From contig OX597814.1 in the NCBI GenBank assembly GCA_951406725.2, forward strand, positions 147,994,001-148,058,000: DNA of 64,000 bases, read 5' to 3'. The position numbers and the translations under genes are program-made. The number at the start of each line of letters is the position of its first letter. The stretch's first letter is position 1. The notes under the pieces are model-generated. The model saw nothing but the letters and a program-made list of their open reading frames with translations. It did not search any database and was not told where the DNA came from. Shown one piece after another: positions 25,717 to 40,099 of the stretch. The DNA is from Octopus vulgaris. Its lineage: Eukaryota.

Positions 25717-26364
25717 ATCTGTATGTATGTATGCGTGCATCTATGACTTATGCATATGTGTGTATATATATCTTGTACATAGACGCAAACAAACACATAC
25801 ACATACATATAGATAGGTAGATGATAGAGAGGGAGTGAGCAAATATACACACATGAGATTTAATGAATATAGGAGTTATATATGACTACTTCAAGGTTTA
25901 AGATCGGGTAGAACAGAAGTCGAATTGTGTAACGTACCATTCTCAAACTGGTAATCGTACAACGTCCGATATAGTGGCCACTACGTGCTGCAAATGCAAG
26001 AATAATGAGAAAAATATTACGAGAAAAACAAATAAGAAACGAAATGAAACGCTTTAAAGGAAGGAGGGATAATTTTACTTTATGTAATATAGATTATGTC
26101 CCATTCACACGTTAAATGAATAATATAGTTGCTGTTGAATGATTACATAAAATTTCATGCCAAATGGAGACAACCAAATGGATGAAAGGTTAATACAGTC
26201 TCTCTAATCCGAGGAGGAATGTGTCTTCAACTTCGTTTACAGAAAAATGCCGGGATGCATACACTTTTGAAAATTTTGGAGCCGGCAACATTTTGACCGT
26301 TAATGTACTGTCTAGATATATCTACGCTGTGGGAAACTATTCTCCACATCACACACTCACACGT

Positions 26365-26485
26365 AAATACACAACGGGCTTCTTTCAGTTTCTGTTTACG
26401 AAATAAAATCTACTCACAAGTTTTTGGTCGGTCAGTGGTTTCAGTAGAAGACACTTTGTCAAGTTTCTGCATAATGTGAATGATT
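26365..26485 (-). mobile_element. Degenerate SINE fragment (second CORE-like family)
   Basis: gggcttctttcagtttc...tctactcacaag..tttggtcgg...agtagaagacactt; the minus strand gives a CORE-like ttgacaaagtgtcttctac. Family assignment is from memory and is unverified. Confidence 0.4.
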
Positions 26486-26792
26486 GCCACCTGCCTGATA
26501 GACAAACGTTGCACTGCAACCTTTTTTACAAACGACGTAGAAGAGACAGAAGCATAAGAACTTCAAGAAGCTAAAATTTAAAATTCAACATTTGCATCGT
26601 ATTTCAAGTATTACGTTTTGAAAGAGAATTCTACTTCGATTGAATCATATGAACAATGAAAACGTGTAAAAAAGCACACAAAATCACTGAAAAGCATGCA
26701 CAAGCACGCTCGTATAAGTGTACGCATGTCTCTATGTATGTTTATATATGTATATATATATATATATGTGTGTGTATATATGTGTATAGATA

Positions 26793-26845
<53 letters not shown>

Positions 26846-27544
26846 ATATATTTATATACGTATGTGTGTATATATATATATAGGCATGTCTATATATATG
26901 TGTATATATATAAACATATATATGCATGTATATGTATATATGCATGTATATGTGTGTGTATATGTATCTATCGCACTTTTTCTCTCTCTCTCTTTCTCAC
27001 CTTCTCTCTCTCTCTTTCTCACCTTCTCTCTCCCCCCTGTATCTCTCTTTATATATATTTATGCAGAATGTTTCTAATAGTTGTGTGTATAACATCTCTA
27101 GTAGTGTAACGTAAGCCGACCAAAATAAAAAAAAAGACCACATTTCTTTTTTTTTTTTTTTTTGCTTTCCATCCTTTATCGTGGTTTATATTGACTCAAA
27201 TACTTTCTAATAAATCTATAAAGAATAGGAAAGGAATGCTTAAAGAATGCTGTAGAAATTGTTTATTACAATTATCAGGATGTGTCAACATTGAAATTTT
27301 AATAATGTTACGTCGTGTAAAGTGAGAAAATGATGCAGTTTGAAACAGTTCCAGAATTCTGCGGACGCTGAGTGTTTAGATTTATACACTTAGTCTTCTG
27401 TGACAGTAATTCTATACTCATGTTCCGACTGTCTGGGCGTTTCTATTGATTCTTCAACCGAAAAATAGTTTATTGACATAATTTTTTTCCTCAATAAATT
27501 TATTTTATATTTTTTTTACTTTCTCCATGATTTTTGCAATTGTG

Positions 27545-27615
<71 letters not shown>

Positions 27616-27758
27616 TTAATAATAATAGTAATAATAATATTAATATTAATAATAATAGTAATAATAATATTATTAATAATAATAATAATATTAATAATAA
27701 TAGTAATAATAATATTATTAATAATAATATTAATATTAATAATAATAGTAATAATAAT

Positions 27759-27791
<33 letters not shown>

Positions 27792-27792
27792 T
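27545..27792. repeat. Degenerate (AAT)n array with higher-order sub-repeats
   Basis: The unit aataatattaataataatagt recurs through the array. Confidence 0.9.
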
Positions 27793-28634
27793 CTTAATGA
27801 TAATCTCTGTGCGTGTATGTGTGTATGTGCGTGTATGTGCGTTTGTATGTTGAAATAATGCACGAATTGAAGTTTAGATGTTCCGCTTCCTACTACGGAG
27901 AAGCAGACTTTGTTAGATTCTAACTAGCAGCGAGCATTCCTCTCCATCCGCCTTTACTGCTATCGAACGACAACACCTTTCAGGAATGTCTTTGATTGTC
28001 CATGCAGCTAATTTCTACATCCCGGAATCCGTTTGTCTGTGGAAAAGACATAAAAAGCACACAAATGCAAACAGCAATTTCCTGTCTGATTATGTAAATA
28101 GAAAATGGGATGTGGGGTTTTATGGAAAATAACCGGATACGTTTTCACAATGGTTTCTAGAGAAAATTTATTAGGGGGAAATATTCCCTCCTACAGCATA
28201 ACTAATAACAACAATAATAATAACTTCAAGAAGATTCTTAACAATAACATCATCAACAATAATCATAATGACTATAACGATAATAATATATTTCAACTCC
28301 GGCTCAAGGTCGCACATCGTAAGAGGTAGTAGCTATAATGGATTACATCGCCAACAACCGGACAGATGCTTTATTTTATCGGCCTCGAAAGGATGAAGAA
28401 TCTTAGGTGACTCCGGCGCTATTTGGAAGCATAAAGGGAAAGGGGTTTAATTGAATAACACAAGGAAATGTGTTTATTGTTCCCTGATTCAACCGATTCT
28501 CTCTAGTCCAGCAGTGAAATGTTGACTCCATCACAAGTTACAGACGCATGGTATTTTGTCCGGGGCCCTACTAGTCGTGTCATCCAACAAACTACTACTA
28601 CTACTACTACTACTACTTAATAATAAAAATAATG

Positions 28635-28672
<38 letters not shown>

Positions 28673-28686
28673 TACAAAAACAACCC

Positions 28687-28894
28687 TTTCTGCTATAGAC
28701 GCGAGGACTGAAATTTCAGGGGAGGGAACTAATCGATTACATTGACTCGTGTTTTACTGGTACTTAATTTATCGACCCAGAAAAGATGAAAGGCAAAATC
28801 GACCTTGGATGAATCTGAACTCAGAGTGTATCGACGGGCGAAATATCGCTAAGCATTTCGCCCATCGTGCTAACGATTTTGCCAGCTCGCTGCC
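28687..28894 (-). mobile_element. tRNA-headed SINE, family A (full length, reverse)
   Basis: Reverse complement reads ggcagcgagctggcaaaatcgttagcacg...gagttcagattc...gcctttcatcttttctgggtcgataaattaagtaccag. Confidence 0.88.
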
Positions 28895-28989
28895 TTAATA
28901 ATTGTAGTGGATGAAATAATAACAATAATAATAATAATAATAATAATAAGCAACCACCATTGCTGCTGCTATTACCATTTCCGCCAATT

Positions 28990-29335
28990 GTAACTGCTTT
29001 TCATCCTTCAGGCTCAAGAAAATGAAGAACCAGCTAAGGACTGGGGTCAATGGTATCCACTTAACACTCTGCCATAAATTTTCAGGCCTTGTGCCAAAAT
29101 TTTTAACAGTTATTAATATTCTTAAAGCGGTGAGGTGGCAAATATCGTTACAGCTTCAGAGACAATGCTTCGAGTCATTTGTTCGGGTTGTTTACATTTT
29201 GAGTTTAATTCCGCCGGGGTCAAATTTGCCTTTCATCCTTTTGGGCTGATAACATAAAGTACCAGTCAAGTACTGGGGGTCGATAGTATCGAATTTTCTC
29301 CTCCCCTCAAAATTGCAGGCCTGTGTTTGAAATAA
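28990..29335 (+). mobile_element. Two tandem family-A SINEs (3' half at 28990-29105, full copy at 29127-29335)
   Basis: Both contain gc.tttcatcctt...accag...ctggggtc.at...gcaggcct.gtg. Confidence 0.8.
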
Positions 29336-30312
29336 TTACTATCATAATTGTTGTTGTTGTTATTATTCTTTATATTAATAAAAATGTGATAAAAGAAAAT
29401 CCAATATTTGAGTTCAAGTGCTTTGGTGATTTTAACCTTCAAAGAGAAAACGTTATCGAAATACAGCATCCAAGTTTCCTTTGAAAAACAGAGAGAGAGA
29501 GAGAGAGAAAGAGACAGAGAGAGCTGGAGAGAGAGCGCGGGAGGGAGGGAGAGTGGTGAGACAAAAAAAAGAAAGGAAGGCAAAACGAGAAAGAGTAAAA
29601 TGGCGAAGTGAGGTAGAGAGAGAGATTGAAATGTCGCTCTTCAAACGTCACTGCTAATGCACAAGATGGACATCCTCTTGGAATATCCGCTTTTGCCGCT
29701 CATGAAAAACCGTCAGCAGCAATAAATTCTTCGTTTGACAAACGTTTGCTGTTCTTGATGTGTTTCTTGGTGGCAGTTCTTTTTGTCTTATTGAACCGTC
29801 GTATTGTCGCTCTGGTCGTGGTCGTTGTTGATGTTGAAGTGTGTGATGTGAGTGTTGTTGTTGTCGTTAGTGGCATTGGTATCGACGGCGCTGTTGCTGT
29901 TATTGCTGCTGTTACTGTTTATGAGGGTCGGTGTCAGATGTTTCGAAAATTAAACATGTTCGTTAACACGGCAGCTTCTATTAATTGCTATACACTAACA
30001 TTCACAAATACACTGGCAGCACATATGAACTCCTACACATGCAGACACGAACAGATCAATGTTTGTGTTTGTTTGTCTCTACGCATGAGAAATATGTTAT
30101 CCTCCTGTGTCAGTGTGTGTGTGTGTGTGTGTATGTGTTTGTGCTTGTGTGTGTGTGTGTTTGTGTTTGTGCTTGTGTGTGTGTGTGGATGTGTGACTGT
30201 CTTTTATGCAAGTCAAACAAGATTATTTACACAAACTTGGAGTATTCATCGATGTATTGAGGTTCATGTAAACTCGGGCACAGGCAAGCTCACGCACACA
30301 CACACATATAAG

Positions 30313-30347
<35 letters not shown>

Positions 30348-31333
30348 AATACATATATATATATAACATACACATATATATAAGTTAATAGAAACAGTTA
30401 GTCGCAATGTGATACTATAAAGGGAAAATTTCATCGTCATATATAAATATATATAGTAACCTTGAAGCCACTCTTCGGAAGGCATTCAGCCTGGCTCTTG
30501 TGGAGGACAACATTGAGGTCTTGTGCCTCACTATCGGGCCCTTCGCGGAGCTCTTCCCTTGTGTGCTGCAACTTGTTTCTACAAATGTCCTAAGAACTGA
30601 TGCTGATCATAGTTTAATCAATAAGCGTAGGACCTAGGTAAATGCAGTAAAGATAGGAGTGAGATGAGTGGGACCCCATGTAAGCAATCCTTCAGAAATT
30701 GAATACCCTTACGATACTCCGCGGAAGTTCATGGAATGAAATTCATTGTCAGTAGAGCCCAGGTTAGGTGGCTTTTAAGGAACTAAACCCTCTAGAACAT
30801 TCCCTGGGGTAAGGGGAGTTACTGGTTTGAGTTTCGTTGTCCTTGCATCAACGGTCTAGGAAAGTTAACGAACATATAAAAGTAACGGGCAGAGAAACAT
30901 CACTAAAATTTATATTAAGAATATATTTCATTAATGTTCAGACAATTTACCAAGTGTATAATTATCGGTTTTCTAACGGTATTCTAAAATGCCATCAAAC
31001 GGATCCATTCCATTCATCTACATAACATTGTATAAATAATATGTTATTATGAAGTAAGGATATTAGAATTCCTTTCTTGGCAGTAATTCTGATTTAAATC
31101 CAGCACATTTAATCTAGCGAAAATTCATTTTACTTCTCCCTACAGAATAGATGGCATAAGTTAACTACGCCATAAGACTGTAGCATAAGACGCAGTGTAG
31201 AGAGCGATAATGTAAGAGTGAACGGCCATCTGTAGTTCATTCGGTGAAAAGACGGTTCTCTCTGTTGCTTCGTAAATGCCAAGATTTTAGAAAATTTCGT
31301 AAAATTCGCTATATGTGTATAAGGGATAGTGCG

Positions 31334-31408
<75 letters not shown>

Positions 31409-31423
31409 GTATATATATATGAA

Positions 31424-31756
31424 GGCGCATGGCTCAGTGGTTAGAGCGTCGAGCTTACGATCGTGAGGTTGTGAGCTCGAATCCCGACCGGGCTGCGTGT
31501 TGTGTTCTTGAGCAAGGCACTTTATTTCACGTTGCTCCAGTTCACTCAGCTGTAGAAATGAGTTGCGACGTCACTGGTGCCAAGCTGTATCGACCTTTGT
31601 CTTTCCCTTGGATAACACTGGTGGCGTGGAGAGGGGAGGCTGGTATGCATGGGCGACTGCTGGTCTTCCATAAACAACCTCGCCCGGACTTGTGTCTAGG
31701 AGGGTAACTTTCTAGGTGCAATCCCATGGTCTGTGTCGTGACCGAAGGGGTCTCCG
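31424..31756 (+). mobile_element. Full-length, young-looking tRNA-derived CORE-type SINE inserted in (TA)n
   Basis: A box tggctcagtgg and B box gagctcgaatccc, then the MIR/CORE-like tgtgttcttgagcaaggcactttatttcacgttgctccagttcactcagctgtagaaatg and a unique tail. (TA)n flanks both sides. Confidence 0.88.
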
Positions 31757-31829
31757 ATATATATATATATGTATATATATATATGTATATATATATATAT
31801 GCATTTATATATGCATTTATATATATGTA

Positions 31830-31869
<40 letters not shown>

Positions 31870-32126
31870 ATCCAAACAAGAAAGCACCACAAAACCGAGT
31901 CAAATGCAAAAAAAATTGTGACGATTTGGAAGGGTAAAATATCAATGAAATCCGAAAAACTGAATTGCGTCCTTTTGTATTGAGGGCGATTGAATTTTAC
32001 CTCTGCAGTAACGCTCTTCATCTGGAAGACATTTTCTTTGGTTGTAATGATTTTGAAAATGTAGAGTCTGATCTCTGCAATATCTGTGTGTGCGTGTTTA
32101 ATTACATACGACAGACCTCGCCGCAA

Positions 32127-32690
32127 ATTCCATAGTTACATAAATATCAAGTAGAAACATGCTTACAATTCCGGACCTGATCAGGAATTATCTCCCAGAA
32201 AAAAAGAAAAAAAGTTTCAGGTGCATATTCCCAGCCTTTCACATTTAATAATGAATTTCGATTAGTGCTATTCATAAATAGTGTCACATCTAATCACATA
32301 AGTTTCTCACCTTCCAAGGACACATTAATTTAATATATAATTATTGATTACTACGTATGAGCTATTTTATTTATTCATGGGTGTCGATATTCTATAGTTA
32401 CATAAATATCCAGTTCAAACATGCTTACAATTCGGAACCTGATCAGGAATTATCTCCCAGAAAAAACAGAAAATAGATTGAGGTGCATATTCCCAGCCTT
32501 ATAGTTGTTTCACATTCAATAATAAATTTCGATTAGTGCGATTCATAATAGTGTCACATAATCTTAGTTTGTCTCTTCTGTTTTAACATCTAATCACATA
32601 AGTTTCTCACCTTCCAAGGACACATTAATTTAATATATAATTATAGATTACTACGTATCAGCTATTTTATTTATTCATGGGTCTCGATAT
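32127..32690. repeat. Diverged tandem duplication (units about 32127-32388 and 32389-32690)
   Basis: atagttacataaatatc...cctgatcaggaattatctcccag...ttattcatgggt.tcgatat occurs twice. Unit 2 has two extra segments. Confidence 0.93.
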
Positions 32691-33514
32691 AGAAGTTATT
32701 CAAGGATGTAATGGCTGTATTTATTAAAGAAGTTAATAGGAAAACGTCCCTGACCTGTTTTACAAGCCATTGGAAACTAATTTGGGGAAAGGGATGATGA
32801 AACTATACCGCATTCATTGCTGCAATAGAATGCAGCGCATTTAGAGATCTTTCTGAAGACTAGAGCAATGTCTAGTCTGCTTTCCGTTAAAACATGGAAT
32901 ACTATCAAACCAATGGGCTTACACAGCATATTTGTAACCTATTTTACTCTCATATAGTAGAAAATAGAGAAGTTGTATATTTATTTCTCTTTAAAATGTA
33001 ACCAACTTCAATATACAGTGTGTCTATTAACTTTTCTGGCTGTAAACGACTAAATTTACACGTAGTGTAATAAAGCCACAGGACTAGAAAGTGGCCGTTG
33101 TAGGACCAAGTTACTCTCTGAGCTTAATGCGTGCATTGTGACTAAAATATTTATGAAGTATGATCTCTTGCAGAAGAGAGAAAATATTTACTAGAAATGA
33201 AAGGAAAACAAGTTTTCCTAAAATATATAGTTTCGTGTTAGGTAACACAACATATAAATAATAGCAATGGTTTACACGCGGGACATGAATGCATGTGCAG
33301 GTTGATCTGTAAGTTATCTAACTCAGGTAAAGTTAAACATTGTCTGAACAACATCTGAACGATTTCATTAATTCTTAGTATTTGGTTAGTAATAATATAA
33401 TACGCCAATACCAGCGAACCACAAATATATCTGTTGACAGGGTTTTCAAATGAATTCTGCTGAACACACAAATTCTTTATTTGAGGATGATATTATTAAT
33501 ATTAATCAGAGTTC

Positions 33515-33590
33515 GTTCGTTCTGAGTTCAAATTCCGCCGAGTTCGACGTTGCTTATCGTCATTTCGGAGTTGTTAAAATAAGCACTTGT
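33515..33590 (+). mobile_element. Family-A SINE fragment
   Basis: cgttctgagttcaaattccgccgagttcgac...tttcggagttgttaaaataagcac. Confidence 0.7.
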
Positions 33591-34058
33591 TCAATTTCTG
33601 CCAACATTTGAAATGAATATAGACGCATGGAGTCACGATTCACTACGCAACCACATGGTTCTAGTATTTACGACTGTGGCCAACTAATTCTTGTGTGTGT
33701 GTGTATGCGTGTGTGTGTAAACTATCAAAAGCAATTAATACAGTAGAATCCAATAATTAAACACAGAATGTGTAAATTCTGGGAATAGATCCCATTATGT
33801 CTGGTTCTTTACAATACAACAGGGACAATAGAACTGATGCTGCTGTGTAGTGTTTCGGGAACGACACACTTATAAATGAATAGTATAAGTATATACCAGA
33901 AAACAAAGGGACAATACGTTACGATACACCTATCTGCACAAGCTCGAAAATGAAAAAATGAATCAATTGGAGATTATTGGCTAAGTAGTCAGAAAAGCTT
34001 TTATCTCCCTACTGAATGATTTCTTTTTAAAGTGAATAGAGAAATTATCAAAATATTG

Positions 34059-34236
34059 GTTTCAAATTTTGGCACAAGTCTAACAGTTTCGGGGAAAGGG
34101 CATCAACTCTAGTGCTTGGCTGGTACATATTTTAACGATCTCGAATGCATGACTGGCAAAGTCGACCTCGGTGGAATTTAATCCCAGACTATAGAAACGA
34201 ACGAAATTCCGCAAAGCAATTTGCCAGCTTACCGCC
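34059..34236 (-). mobile_element. Family-A SINE (reverse, decayed)
   Basis: ggtttcaaattttggcacaag...ggcaaagtcgacctcggtggaattt...ttgccagcttaccgcc. Confidence 0.8.
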
Positions 34237-34263
34237 TTGGAAATTATCAAAACCTTGGGATCT

Positions 34264-34319
<56 letters not shown>

Positions 34320-35466
34320 ACTATTGTGGAGATTGAAAACCGAAATACACAATATACTAATACTCACAAAATAATTACAAACCTGTAGCCATAGTTGAAC
34401 AAGGACTTATTCTTTGTAAGCCTAGTACTTAATCTAATTCATATAACATATTTTTCTTGGCCTTTGGACTCGAACGCTCATTTCCTTGGTCCCATAACGT
34501 GTAAGTGACCGAGATCACAAAGTACCCCTTGCAAGAGTGGCTGGGCAGTTGGAGGGTTCAACAATACCACTAGACACACACCACACATAGTTTGCTTAGA
34601 CACCAATGTCCTGATCGTGCCCGACGCGTTGTATAGTAAAATTATACGATAAAAGTTTTAAAAATGCTTAAAAGGTAGTTTGTAACAGAGGGACGCTGGC
34701 AAGAATTTTAGGAATGGAGCATATGCTGTCTCATTACTTGACTGCACTTCATTTTATTGGAGAGATGTAATATAAAATTGTTATCGACAGTATTTGAGCT
34801 GAGACGATAAGTATACTAAACCAATACCACGACTCATTTTTGTTCCATCTAACAATTATAGCTATCGCCGTTTAATAATATTTATATATATTGTCGTTTC
34901 CATTCGTTGTATTTTTAGATTTTTTTTTCTGATTCTCAATATTAAACCAACTTTTAAGATTTTATTTTATTAAAACTTTTCACTAAATCAATTTCGTTAT
35001 CGACACTTACCTGTATCAATGATATTGGCAGCTCTCTTCAGTGGAAAATAAGAAAAAGGAATGGTCAGCTGAAACGTGACTTAAACTAACTTAATAATAG
35101 ACAGTATAATACTACTTAGAATAGTTCGTGCTCAAATATATTGAATGAAATAAGCGGAACAGACAAATTTGGATAGTTACGTATATACATCATACATGCA
35201 TGCATACTTCCACATACATCACCATGTACATCGAGAATGATAGAGAAAGGAAGAGTGAATTATATGTGTATCTATATAAACTTTAACATATGCTTCTGTA
35301 TATGACGTGTGTATGTGTGTGCCGAAATACATACAGACGTGTGTGTGTGTGTGTGTATATATGTTCTGTTTTTTATTTCATTTGATGCATATTCCCTCTC
35401 ACCTCTGCTAGCTGGCATATACAGGTGCTTACCCTTATCAAGTATTCACCCTGAATTTATTGTACC

Positions 35467-35529
<63 letters not shown>

Positions 35530-35641
35530 TATATGGTACATATATAAATGCACAAATGCACAACAGTAATCAGCGGGACAATATAAAAAATACATCACTT
35601 AAAGACATTAGTTTAAGATTATATGAATTACATACACACAT

Positions 35642-35710
<69 letters not shown>

Positions 35711-38700
35711 CGTGTGTGATAATGTGCCGGAGATACATGCGATGTCATGATGATCCTAAAATTGCAAATACAAATAATTTATGTGATAAACAGCCGCTCG
35801 CACGCATTCAAATAAGCACAAATGTAAATGTACAAATATATAAATATCTGTATATAGATAACATTATGTGAATGGACGAATTTATATCTTTGCGCTATAT
35901 TGGGTTTCACCCTTCTTACTGTTGAGTTATAGGTAGCGTTGCAAGCTTCCGTTAATATGTGAGTAATTTGTCTTGTTTTCGTTGTAGCACCCATTGTTGC
36001 TAGGCAATTCAAAAGGCAGAACCGGTAACGCATTATGCTACCTCGAGTTTTTGATGTTGTTTTAATTAATGCTTTCGTTTTGTTTTCGTTTTTCTTTGTT
36101 AATTATTTAGCATATTACTATGTATAATTAAAATTGCCCTAGAGCTTTAATCAAGAGAAATCTTGTCTCAGTTACATTTCTGCTTATCATAAAAGTTCCA
36201 GCAACAAATTAATTATTATTTCTCTTAGCGCTTTCATCTTTTCTTTTTCAGCCTAGCCTTTTGTCTTTCTAATTCCTACTCTCTCCGTCTCTCCCTCAGT
36301 ATATATATCATACTGTCCCTTTAGTTCTATATTCTATATCTACTTCACCCAACATCTCTCTATATATCTATCATACACACATACACACACATGTATATGT
36401 ATGTATGTTTATTTGTGAAACATCTAGCTTCTCAACGTCACTCTATGCTGCCTCTCTTGTATCACGAGGTAAATAATGTTCACTTGATACATTAGTCATA
36501 ATTATAATCGTTGAATACCATAAAGTATGCCGCAGCCTTTGAGGGAAATTCAATATCTAGGAGTATATTGATGCTTAGAACGGTGAAGTTTCCTGTATAA
36601 AAGCTCCCTGTTGTGCCAGAACATACGTGGTTAATCATGATGATCATGATTGAAAGGAGGAATATAATAGGAAATACGAGGAGGAGATGCATGACGAAGA
36701 GGAACTGCGCAAAAAATGCATGCAAATTCAAAAGCAAAAAATAATAAGAGCCGCTGATTAGAAAATGTAAAGACGCAAGAAATATATTGCTAACAAATAA
36801 ACGTTAATACACTACGGGTTTGTTCTAATCCTTAATACGAATGTTTAAATTCCAAATTATTACTGCAGCCGTCTAAATAGTCTGAACCACGCCATCATTA
36901 CTATACTCTTGATCCTTCACGTCAAGTGGAATTTGTTTATCTTCTGTGCTTAAAGCCGGGCACAAACGGGAGAAGGGTATAACTTTCGTATTGATTTTCC
37001 TCAGACCGTTCGCAGGAATCATTATCGTAGTTACTACTTTGGAGAGCAAATACTTAAGAAATATGAACTAGGTAGGATAACAATTTTTTCCTTTCTTACA
37101 TTGTTTTATATATTTTTTACTTTTTTTGCTTCGTGTTCCTATAATGAGCAATTCGATGGATAAAGAACTAAAAAACGCTGAAGTTTGTCACATTGTAACA
37201 TTTTGACTTTATCTTTCTCATTGGCCGTTAAATGTGAAATGGATGTTTTATGCTGCATAAGATTGTTTTGAAAGTTGCTTCGGTTTATTTATTTAATTAT
37301 TTTATTTATTTATTCATTTTTACGAATTCAGTTTTGAAAGACAAAGCATTAATGCAAACTATTTTTGTCGACAGGATATGAATGACTTAACGTTGTCAGT
37401 CTAAACACTTAAATGGCGTTTTATGAGATTCTTCTGAGTGTCTTTATGAAGATTTCCGATTTGAATTAACGGGCATTCATTGTAGCACGTTTTCTTAAGA
37501 TTCATTCTGTCGTCTTTTACGTGGGAACACACTTGCAAATAGGAAAACATATTAAGCATGCCATGTGACCGTAGAGTAATCATGCGCACGCATACATATT
37601 GAAGTGTAAACTATAGTGATGTATACTGTGATAAACGCTATATAACACGCGATAACATTCTGGTATTTTTAGTATAAACAATTGTGAAAGTGGGCACATA
37701 TCATAACATGTAATGCACCATACTTGCGTTAAGCATTGAACGATAATCAGGAAAGAAAAGTAACGGTAACATTCAAAGAAACATACATAATGCGGAAAAA
37801 AAGTTAAATATACAGTGCTACCTGCTCTGGAGCAAATTCTTGAATACCCAGGAAAATCACTTGTGTGTAGAATGCTCAAAATAATCTGTAACATTCAACT
37901 TTGTTTGCAATGTAAAGGCAATGATAGAGCGTATGTTTTGACACCAAGTGAAACGTAAACCTAATAGATAAATGGCAAATTTTTTGCAAAGAGTTATTTT
38001 GTCAGAGAGTGCAGCATATGGGATAAGAAACCAGTGAAGCTAGCCTTTAAAGCAAACATTGCGAAAGCGTTTGTAAAGGACTGTTACTCCACCGAACAAT
38101 TTTTCATAACACTCGTTCATTTACTGATTACCAATATGATTGACGATGGAGTTTGTCTTACCATGCGGTTGGATGTGAGTACAAGCTACAGACGACGTCC
38201 AACGGGATTTATATACGTGTGTGTGTCTATGTGTGTGTGTGTGTGCACCTAGCATTCTCACCAACTGCAGCTGGAACGATTTTCTTCTGTTTCTGACATA
38301 TATTTTACTTTTAAAAACAGCACGTCCAAAAGAGATATTATCTCCGGACGAACACCGCAGTAAATCCACATTTTCTTATGTATTTACATTAAGCATTTTA
38401 CACAGATGTCTATATTTTATATATGTATGTATTTGTTTAATGTTTCTATATATTCACGGATAAATCGCCTGTCACGATGAATGCAACAGAAAGAATCCTG
38501 CGTTAAATGAAATATGTGTGAATGTGTGTGTTATGTTTTATACATGTATTACTTGTTTGTGTGTAAACTGAATGACTGAAGAATTCATCGCAACTCGGCT
38601 GTGAAGACAAAAAGGCTACAATAACAGATATGATTGCAAGATAACAAAACTTCCAGAGCTTTGAATAAATAGAGAGAACTGTTTTGCCTTTATCTTAACC

Positions 38701-38995
38701 CTTGAACTCAAAACCTTCTATTAGTTTTGGCATGTACAATTTAAGAGGCTTACATCAAAGGAAGATTTGTGTTTTATTTTTTACATTCATCTCATTCGCT
38801 TTCATTTGTATTTTCGGAGAATATTACATTTTGCAACGCCAAACAATCCTATTCAAATATCATGTTCTTCTGTAACTTTCTAGTTGGCTTTCTCTAAATC
38901 TTACGCCATCTCTTTTCCCTCACTCTGTCTGTCTGTCTGTCTCACACACACACACACACAATTACTTATACGCACACAAAAGTAAATGTATGTAA

Positions 38996-39078
<83 letters not shown>

Positions 39079-39098
39079 TATGTGTATATATATATATA

Positions 39099-39144
<46 letters not shown>

Positions 39145-39542
39145 AGAAATGTTATTCACAGACAGTTTTCGCCAGACAAACTAAAACAAACAAAAACAAA
39201 ATAAAATCATATAAATAATAATTAGAAATGGCTTCTGATCGGAGACAGAAATATTTGGTGCATGTTATTTTTGTTTTCTTTCCATTTATCCTTCTATTCT
39301 TTTCAGGGAAATCAGCCATGAAATGCACAAATGAATCTAGAAATGCTTGCGAGTTCACCGAATTATTATTTTCCCCCTCAAACTAATATTTAGTAAACTC
39401 TGCAAGATTCGAATATCTAAAGTAAAGTATAGCGAAATAATTCATGCAGTAAAATACAATCAGATTCTGCGAACCCCTGCGGCTATTGGTATCTTCGAAT
39501 ATAAGCAAGTTATGTTAGTATATTTATATTCCTTTCTCCTCC

Positions 39543-39604
<62 letters not shown>

Positions 39605-39627
39605 ATATATATATATATATATGTATG

Positions 39628-39658
<31 letters not shown>

Positions 39659-40027
39659 ATATATATATATGTATGTATATATATATATGTATGTATATAT
39701 ATATGTATGTATATATATATATATGTATGTATATATATATGTATATATATATATGTATGTATATATATATGTATGTATATATGTATATATATATATGTAT
39801 ATATGTATATATATATATATATGTATGTATGTATATATATATATATGTATATATGTATATGTATGTATATATATATATATATATATGTAACTATGTATAT
39901 ATATGTATGTTTATATGTATATATATGTATGTATTTGTACGTATTTGTATATGTACATATGTGTATACATATCTATATTAATTATTATATATGCATGTAT
40001 ATATGTAGGTATATATATAGATGTAAC

Positions 40028-40098
<71 letters not shown>
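39543..40098. repeat. Long compound (TA)n/(TATG)n array
   Basis: Seen directly; it underlies the 292-aa pseudo-ORF. Confidence 0.95.

Positions 40099-40099
<1 letters not shown>

Noticed and set aside
29626-30366. 246-aa ORF with a hydrophobic stretch resembling a membrane protein
   Set aside because: The hydrophobic part comes from GTT/GCT/GT low-complexity repeats and the ORF ends in (TG)n/(TA)n. No domain is recognisable.
31424-31498. tRNA gene
   Set aside because: A and B boxes are present, but the acceptor and anticodon stems do not pair properly and the sequence runs into a SINE body.
32175-32225. Hammerhead-like cctgatcagga...tcccagaaa in the tandem duplication
   Set aside because: The core CUGAUCA has an uncompensated G8 change, there are extra bases before GAAA, and no helix III or UH site forms.
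34975-35050. Minus-strand CTGAAGA...GAAA
   Set aside because: Neither stem II nor stem I can be formed convincingly; it is likely chance.
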